From contig JAQGMJ010000083.1 of assembly GCA_028292405.1 (NCBI GenBank), positions 148,676 to 212,675 of the forward strand: 64,000 nucleotides of DNA, written 5' to 3'. How positions within the stretch are numbered: position 1 is the stretch's first letter; the number at the start of each line of letters is the position of its first letter. The position numbers were made by a program, and so were the translations under genes. The notes under the pieces were generated by a model. The model saw only the letters and a list, made by a program, of their open reading frames with translations, made no database searches and was not told the origin of the DNA. Below, one piece after another: positions 56,701 through 64,000 of this stretch. The stretch is from Betaproteobacteria bacterium. Its GTDB lineage: Bacteria > Pseudomonadota > Gammaproteobacteria > Burkholderiales > JAEUOS01.

Positions 56701-57602
56701 TGGGTTGGGCAGCGGCCTGGCCATGGCGCCAGGCCCGCGCCGTGGCCGCGCTTGCGGGATTGGTGTTCTGCGGCGGCGCGGCGGCGCTGGGCGTGACCTA
56801 TATGACGCCGCAGGAAGCCGCCTACAACGCGTTGCTTTCGTCGGCGCCCGTGGCCGCAACGCTGGGCGACATCGGTACCCGCTCACCGCTGGACCTCGAC
56901 GAGCAAAAGCGTATCGCCGCCATGCCTGTTTCCGGGCCGGGGTCCCGCGCCCAATACGTGCGTGCAGCCATGCGCCGGCTCGACCTGGAGGGCGCCTATG
57001 TCGACAGCGCGGGCAACGTCGTCGCGGAGCGCCTGGGCCTGCTGCATAGCCCGCGGCTGGTGATCGCCGCGAGCCTCGACGCAGGTGACGATGCGCGCGG
57101 GCTGGCCACCCTGCTGGCGGTGCTCGGCGCGTTGCAGGCGCGGCGCATGCAGACGACAGGCGACATCGTTTTTATCGCGGTCAACGACGGAGGAAAATCC
57201 CGCGCTGCCGCCGCCTTGTGGCGTGAAGTCAAGGACATCGACGGGTTCGTCGCCATCGATGATGCACCGGCCATGCACGGCCGGGTGCCGGCGGGTGCCA
57301 AGGCGCGCGCTGCCGGCCTGCTCGAGGCAGCGCGCCGCGCCGCGGAGTTGATGAAGGCACAGGCTCCCGGGCTGCCCGTGGCCGGTTCCCTTGCCGCCGG
57401 TGCGGCAGGCAAGGGTATTCCGGCGCTGAGCATGCGCGGAGGAGTTGTAGTGCTGGGCGCCGAACGCCTGTCCGCAGGCGAGTCGAAGGAGCCGCAAACG
57501 CTGTTCTTGACAGCGCTCGCGCTCACCGGCCTGGCCGGCACCAACGACCCGCTGCTGGAGGTCCGCCCGGCCGCGCCTGTGAAAGCGCCCGCCCTGCGGT
57601 AA
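56700..57602 (+). CDS. Hypothetical exported/anchored protein, Ala-rich
   Basis: ATG at 56700 overlaps the SDR stop by 1 nt (TGATG). It has an N-terminal hydrophobic segment AVAALAGLVFCGGAAALG and GC3-rich codons. Any resemblance to M20/M28 peptidases is weak. Confidence 0.55.
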   Translation: MGWAAAWPWRQARAVAALAGLVFCGGAAALGVTYMTPQEAAYNALLSSAPVAATLGDIGTRSPLDLDEQKRIAAMPVSGPGSRAQYVRAAMRRLDLEGAYVDSAGNVVAERLGLLHSPRLVIAASLDAGDDARGLATLLAVLGALQARRMQTTGDIVFIAVNDGGKSRAAAALWREVKDIDGFVAIDDAPAMHGRVPAGAKARAAGLLEAARRAAELMKAQAPGLPVAGSLAAGAAGKGIPALSMRGGVVVLGAERLSAGESKEPQTLFLTALALTGLAGTNDPLLEVRPAAPVKAPALR

Positions 57603-57653
57603 AGTGCGGGCTTCGTTTCGTCTCTCGGGCCGGCAGCGCCGGCCAGCATATCC

Positions 57654-59315
<1,662 letters not shown>

Positions 59316-59389
59316 CTTTGCAATAGCGCGGCGGCGTTTGTCCGCCGCCGCGTCAGGGCTCTTGCCCGCCGCGCTTTTTACTGCGCCTT

Positions 59390-60079
59390 TTACTGCATTG
59401 GTTGTTGCGGTGTTTCGGTGCAGCGCATCTGCATCGAATCCATGCGCGCATACTCCTCGGGCGAATCCACCGCCTTTTGCAGCTCCTGCACTTCGGCCAT
59501 GCCCTTTTCCATGTAGGGCTTGAGCACGGTCGAGGTCAGCGTCTGCATTTGCGCTTCCGCCGCGGCGGTGCTCGGAAAATACAGGATGCGGTCGCCGAAC
59601 TGCTGCTTCAGGTCGCGTTCGACGCGTTCTGAAAGCGTGTCGAGGTAGCGCGCGTAGACGCGCATGTGGCGGGTCTCGTGGTCCAGGGTGATCTGGTGCT
59701 CGCAGCCGCCGGGCTTTTGCTCGCTGGCCACGCGCAGCATCATCGGGTCGAAGGCTAGCTTCACCGTCACCGCCGGGCGCATGCAATAGCGCCCGGTGAT
59801 CGGCTTGACCACGCCGTTGCCGGAAAACGAAATCGCGCTTTTGAGCTGCGTTTCGGTCAGCCCGAGCACGATGCGCCCCGCCGTGTGCGCTCCGCGTGAG
59901 GTCAATTGCGCAGAGGACTGCGAAAAGTCCGTCTCGTATTGCACAGGCGCCACCTCCACGCTGATCGAGGCCGGCCCCAGCTTGCGCTCGCATATCTCCT
60001 CGAAGGGCCGTACGAAGTCGCAGGCGGCCAGGGGCAGGGCGGTGGTCAGGATCAATAGCAGGGCGAGCAGCTTGCGCAT
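59390..60079 (-). CDS. DUF922-like lipoprotein with HExxH motif (predicted secreted Zn-protease-like)
   Basis: ATG at 60079; the track start at 60088 is a TTG. It has the lipobox TALPLAAC and the motif LDHETRH. Confidence 0.7.
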   Translation of the reverse strand: MRKLLALLLILTTALPLAACDFVRPFEEICERKLGPASISVEVAPVQYETDFSQSSAQLTSRGAHTAGRIVLGLTETQLKSAISFSGNGVVKPITGRYCMRPAVTVKLAFDPMMLRVASEQKPGGCEHQITLDHETRHMRVYARYLDTLSERVERDLKQQFGDRILYFPSTAAAEAQMQTLTSTVLKPYMEKGMAEVQELQKAVDSPEEYARMDSMQMRCTETPQQPMQ

Positions 60080-60284
60080 GGGGTTCAAGCGGGGCCACTG
60101 CGCCCTGAAAGCCCGATAAGAGGGGGAAAAACCGGATTCTACCGGGGACCGCGCTCCCCGCGCCGGTCTTTTTCGTCCTCAATTTATGTCTCTCCCCGCC
60201 GATAAAAGAAGCATCAGCAGCAACGCTTGCCTTTGAACATCGGCTTGTGGGCCCCGTCCGCCGCGGCGGCCCCGGAGAGAACTC

Positions 60285-60731
60285 ATGCAACACAAATTCA
60301 CATTCGCGGTTTCCGCCGCTGCCAGACTGCTCATCGTCATGCTTCTGGCCGCCAGCGTTTCGGCCTGCGTCAGCCCGGGCCCGGTGCGCGAGGCAATGGT
60401 CTGCGGCGAGAAGGTCACCTTCCATCCGGACGACCTCAAGCCCTGCAACGGCGGCGCTTCGGCCTGCACCCTGAAGCCGGCTTCCGCTGCTTCGTATCAC
60501 GTCTATTACTCGACCATGGACGAGAGCGTACTGGGCCACGAGGAAGAGCACGTCTGCGGTATGCGCCATCGCGAACCCTGGGTCACCGTCGCCGGCAAGA
60601 TATGCACGGTCGTGACCGAGGGCGGCCATACCTCGTGGAAAAAGGGTGATGTCATGTGTCGCGTCGACGCGGGCCCGCCGGTGAAAATCACCGACGACCG
60701 CGTGCGTTCCTACACCCTGAATACACATTAG
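60285..60731 (+). CDS. Small Cys-rich lipoprotein with HExxHxxGxxH motif
   Basis: ATG at 60285 with GGAGAGA upstream; lipobox AASVSAC. HEEEHVCGMRH is encoded at 60537-60569. Confidence 0.7.
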   Translation: MQHKFTFAVSAAARLLIVMLLAASVSACVSPGPVREAMVCGEKVTFHPDDLKPCNGGASACTLKPASAASYHVYYSTMDESVLGHEEEHVCGMRHREPWVTVAGKICTVVTEGGHTSWKKGDVMCRVDAGPPVKITDDRVRSYTLNTH

Positions 60732-60750
60732 CATTCCTCATCCTTCCCAA

Positions 60751-60780
60751 GCCCGGCGCTTTTCGCCGGGCTTTTTGTTT
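60751..60780 (+). terminator. Rho-independent terminator after the small lipoprotein gene
   Basis: gcccggcg (60751-60758) pairs with cgccgggc (60764-60771), followed by tttttgtttt. Confidence 0.8.
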
Positions 60781-60850
60781 TGCAGCGCGCCTGCACTACA
60801 ATATTCGCTCCATTGACCAGCGCACCGCGCCTGCGGAGACCATCGTCGTT

Positions 60851-61684
60851 ATGAGCGAAATCATTTATCGCGGCATGAACCAGGCGCAACTCGACGCCGA
60901 TTACAACAACACCGCCGCCGTGCCCGACGTGCAGCGCCACATCAGCGGCTGGGCCGAGCGCAGCAACGCCCTGCGCCCGACGCTCGATGGCGTCTGGGAC
61001 ATGGCCTACGGCGACAAGCCGCGCCAGCGCGTCGACTTCATCCGCTGCGGCAAGCCCGGCCGCCCGACCTTCCTCTACATCCACGGCGGCTACTGGCAGC
61101 GCAACGACAAGGAGCCCCTGCACTGTCTGGCCCCCGGCTTGCTGGCTCACGGCGTCAACTTCGCCACCCTCGAATACACCCTGGCACCGACGGCGACGAT
61201 GGACGAGATAGTCGCCGAAGTCGGCGCCTGCGCCGACTACTTGGTGGGGCGCCTGGGTGAACTGGGCGCCGACCCGAATCGCCTGGTGGTGGGCGGGCAC
61301 TCGGCCGGCGGCCACCTCACCGCCACCCTGCGCGAGAAGGCCGGCATCATCGGCCTTCTGCCGATCAGCGGCCTGTTCGACCTCGAGCCGATCCAGCTCA
61401 CTTATCTCAACACCGCGCTGCGCATGGACGTGCCCACTGCCTTGCGCAATTCGCCGATCCGCCACCTCGCCGGCTCGCACCCCGCGATCATCGCGGTGGG
61501 GGGCGCCGAACTGGGCGAGCTGCAGCGCCAGAGCCGCGAGCTGCATGCCGCCTACCAGGCGAAGGGGCTCAAGTCCGAGCTGATCGTGTTGCCCGGCGAA
61601 GACCATTTTTCGATACTCGAACAACTGGCCTCGCCTGACGGTGCGCTGACCCATGCGGCGCTCAAACTGTTAGGCGAAAAATAA
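60851..61684 (+). CDS. Alpha/beta hydrolase (esterase / arylformamidase-like)
   Basis: ATG at 60851. It has the oxyanion motif YIHGGYW and the nucleophile elbow GGHSAGGH. Confidence 0.8.
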   Translation: MSEIIYRGMNQAQLDADYNNTAAVPDVQRHISGWAERSNALRPTLDGVWDMAYGDKPRQRVDFIRCGKPGRPTFLYIHGGYWQRNDKEPLHCLAPGLLAHGVNFATLEYTLAPTATMDEIVAEVGACADYLVGRLGELGADPNRLVVGGHSAGGHLTATLREKAGIIGLLPISGLFDLEPIQLTYLNTALRMDVPTALRNSPIRHLAGSHPAIIAVGGAELGELQRQSRELHAAYQAKGLKSELIVLPGEDHFSILEQLASPDGALTHAALKLLGEK

Positions 61685-61980
61685 ATCCGCCCGGCGGGAA
61701 TATTTTTGCGCTGGACAGGGCGTGCCGTCCCCTTTAACATTTGTGCCGTCATTGGGGAGTAGCCGCCTCGCGTTTTTCGCGGGGGCCTGCGTCAACACAC
61801 TTGGCCGTCCGGCCATGGTGCAGGCAGCCTGAGCATTCGCCTGGCAAGACCTTTGACCACATTGCTTCCGCCTTGGGCCGGGAAGCCTTGTGGTCATCGG
61901 TAATCCGGCCCGGGAACCTGTTCGTGGCCCTTCCATTTCCTTCCCTTCTTCCTCCTGTTCGCTCCCCGGTTCCCGTCTGG

Positions 61981-62742
61981 ATGATTGCGTTGTGCTGCGT
62001 GCTGAGTACGTCAGCGCATGGCGCCGACCGCATTGACACCGACGGCCCTGACTTCGTCGAGTCCACCGGGTCGGTGGCGAAGGGCCGCTTCCAGTTCGAA
62101 ACCGGACCGCAGCAAACCAGCGATCGCCGCCCGGGCGCGCACACGAACACCGCCGCCACGCCGCTGCTGCTCAAGGCCGGCATCGGCAAGGGTATGGAAC
62201 TGCGCCTGGAAACCGATGGCTACAGCCATGTCGGCGGCGCCGATGCCCCCGGAGTTCCAGGCGGCATGGCCGACACGGCCATCGGCATCAAGTGGCACGT
62301 TCAGGACAGCGAAGAGAGCACCATGAAGCCGGCACTGGCCTGGATCGCCCATGTCGAACTCCCCAGCGGCAGCCCGGCCCTGCGCGGCATCGGCCTTAGG
62401 CCCTCGCTGCGTGCGGTAATCGGCTGGGACCTTCCGCACGACTTCACGCTCGGCGTGATGCCCGGGGTCAAGCTCGACATCCGAGCGGACGGGCATCGCT
62501 TCGTCTCCGGCATCCTCGGCGTGGTGGCGGGGTATTGGTGGACGCCGCGCCTGCGCAGCTTCATCGAGGCCGAAGCCGACAGCATCGCCCGTGCGCAGGA
62601 TGGCGGGGTGATCTTCTACAAGAATGCCGGCGCCGCCTACCTGATCGCGGACGACTGGCAGATCGGCGGGCGCGCCGGCTGGGCGGCCAACAGCAATACG
62701 CCCAGCCGCTACTTCATGCTATCCCTCGCGGGACGCTTTTAG
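61981..62742 (+). CDS. Outer-membrane beta-barrel protein (phenol-degradation MetA-pathway-like transporter family)
   Basis: ATG at 61981 gives the signal peptide MIALCCVLSTSAHGA. It shows an alternating beta-strand pattern and a C-terminal ..LSLAGRF ending in Phe. Confidence 0.7.
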   Translation: MIALCCVLSTSAHGADRIDTDGPDFVESTGSVAKGRFQFETGPQQTSDRRPGAHTNTAATPLLLKAGIGKGMELRLETDGYSHVGGADAPGVPGGMADTAIGIKWHVQDSEESTMKPALAWIAHVELPSGSPALRGIGLRPSLRAVIGWDLPHDFTLGVMPGVKLDIRADGHRFVSGILGVVAGYWWTPRLRSFIEAEADSIARAQDGGVIFYKNAGAAYLIADDWQIGGRAGWAANSNTPSRYFMLSLAGRF

Positions 62743-63224
62743 GCGCGCCGCATTGCCGCATGTTCCATCGCGGCGAACCGTGCGCCTGGGAAGATGCCGG
62801 CCAAGGGCGGGTTCATGGTGCGCCAGGCGCCGAAGCCCAGCACCACCGCGCCGCCATAGCAGCCCAGCACATAGAGAAAGCTGCGGGTCGAGACGCGGCG
62901 CATGGTGGCCGGGGAGTAGAAGGCACCCTTGGCCCGCTGCGCCATCCAGGTCACCAGGCCCTTGAGCGCGACGCTCCAGGAAATGGCGGCGGCGAAGGCG
63001 CCGAGGGCATACAGGCTGCGCGAGGTTGGCAGGCCCATCTCGCCGGCGAGCACCACGCACAACATGCCGGTGGCCAGGCTGGCGACGGAAATCGCCAACT
63101 GGCCGCTCAGCGCCATGAAGATCGAAATACGCCAGTTGCACACGCGCCGCGCCTGTTGGCGCATGATCAGGGCCGCGCATACGACATGCAGCGCGAAGGC
63201 GGCGAGGAGCATGGTCCAGAGCAT
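62739..63224 (-). CDS. Hypothetical integral membrane protein (about 4 TM)
   Basis: ATG at 63224. It has GC3-rich codons and four hydrophobic segments. It converges on the OMP gene with a 4-nt overlap of stop codons. Confidence 0.65.
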   Translation of the reverse strand: MLWTMLLAAFALHVVCAALIMRQQARRVCNWRISIFMALSGQLAISVASLATGMLCVVLAGEMGLPTSRSLYALGAFAAAISWSVALKGLVTWMAQRAKGAFYSPATMRRVSTRSFLYVLGCYGGAVVLGFGAWRTMNPPLAGIFPGARFAAMEHAAMRRA

Positions 63225-63467
63225 CTGGCTGAGTGACGGCTTGTTTGTCTCGAGTTCTCGTGGGTCGCTTAAGCGCCTTGCCCGCGGGAATTATAGAGCA
63301 CATGCCAATGCCGAGACGGCAAAATCGTATGAACGATTCAATCTCTTGCGTTTCTCTGGAAACCTCTTCGAATCTCCCGAAACCTGACGCGTCAGCAACC
63401 GCCTTCGCCCCGTTCGGCGGCATCCAGGCGAAGATGGCCCGACACAACAAACGTGTTGGACCGGGTT

Positions 63468-63553
63468 CGAAACCTGAGAAAACCCGAGCTTTTTCGCGAT
63501 TCGCGGAATCGCAACCTGAGAAAACCTGACGTTTTTGCACGATTTCGCCGGAG
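63468..63553. repeat. Imperfect tandem duplication of about 43 bp in a long, lower-GC intergenic region
   Basis: cgaaacctgagaaaacccgagctttttcgcgattcgcggaat (from 63468) compares with cgcaacctgagaaaacctgacgtttttgcacgatttcgccgga (from 63510). The AACCTGA core also occurs near 63381. Confidence 0.7.
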
Positions 63554-63893
63554 GCATTTCCGGCGCGCGCGCTCTCTCGCAGGACAGCGCCCGGTGCTTG
63601 GAAGGGAAGTCCGATGGATCACGCCGGCACGGGAAATTGCCGCAGGCTTTTCCGCGCGTGGCTGAATGTTAAAGATCGGGCAGCGGCTTTTTGCGGCCGG
63701 CGGCAAACACGTTTGTGACACCGCCGATGCGGCGCCGGGGACTATTCCATCGAGGAAGGAACCGCGCCGCCGCTGCTGCCGTAGCGGTGTCCCTGGTTAC
63801 TAACATACAGCATCGCGATCCGGACCGGTAATTGTTTTTTCGCCTCCCGGCGGCGTGAAAACGCACGCCTGGCTGCAGCGGCTTGCGCGCTTC

Positions 63894-64000
63894 TCAGCCG
63901 CCCGAAGTTACGCCTCCCATCACCGGCAGGATGATCCCGGTGATGTACGACGAATCCGCTTCCGAGGCGAGGAACACATAGGCAGGCGCAAGCTCTTCCG
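63894..64000 (-). CDS. SDR-family oxidoreductase, C-terminal fragment (5' part outside the window)
   Basis: The reverse-strand translation ..EELAPAYVFLASEADSSYITGIILPVMGGVTSGG* is a typical SDR C-terminus. The stop is at 63894-63896. It is absent from the ORF track because it has no start codon in the window. Confidence 0.75.
   Translation of the reverse strand, partial: EELAPAYVFLASEADSSYITGIILPVMGGVTSGG

Noticed and set aside
63461-63480. tRNA-like T-arm sequence ccgggttcgaaacctgag
   Set aside because: It resembles the GGTTCGAAxCC T-loop, but the flanking bases do not form a T-stem. No acceptor, anticodon or D arms can be built around it.
63355-63560. Possible CRISPR array, given the repeated AACCTGAGAAAACC units
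   Set aside because: There are only two adjacent degenerate units with no unique spacers between them, no regular repeat-spacer periodicity, and no cas genes in the window.

Overview
High-GC (about 65-67%) chromosomal segment with betaproteobacterial (Burkholderiales-like) gene content. This assignment is an inference from gene families and order, since no search could be run. I call about 57 protein-coding genes. I found no rRNA, tRNA, CRISPR array, transposase, integrase or phage gene, so this looks like core or accessory-metabolic chromosome rather than a mobile or defence island. Recognisable content in order: uvrA 3' part, PAS-GGDEF cyclase, RIO-type kinase, typA, a five-gene heme-c/beta-propeller/membrane operon, mltA, apaG, ada-alkA/ogt, ilvE, LysR plus a hydrolase-acyl-CoA-ligase fusion, the LexA-controlled imuA-imuB-dnaE2 cassette, a double glycosyltransferase, a translationally coupled molybdopterin-oxidoreductase operon, envZ-ompR, a 13-kb uptake/catabolic island, adhC, SDR, ettA, two HExxH lipoproteins, an esterase, an outer-membrane barrel and a partial SDR at the 3' edge. 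The best candidates for undescribed biology are two. (1) The ABC-importer island, which holds a split UxaA dehydratase, an RraA-like aldolase, an APH-fold kinase and an enolase paralog with substitutions at two catalytic positions. (2) The secreted CxxCH/beta-propeller operon with small polytopic membrane partners. Most of the very long ORFs in the track (up to 1288 aa) are antisense shadows typical of high-GC DNA. All functional calls rest on motifs read from the translations; no homology search was possible.
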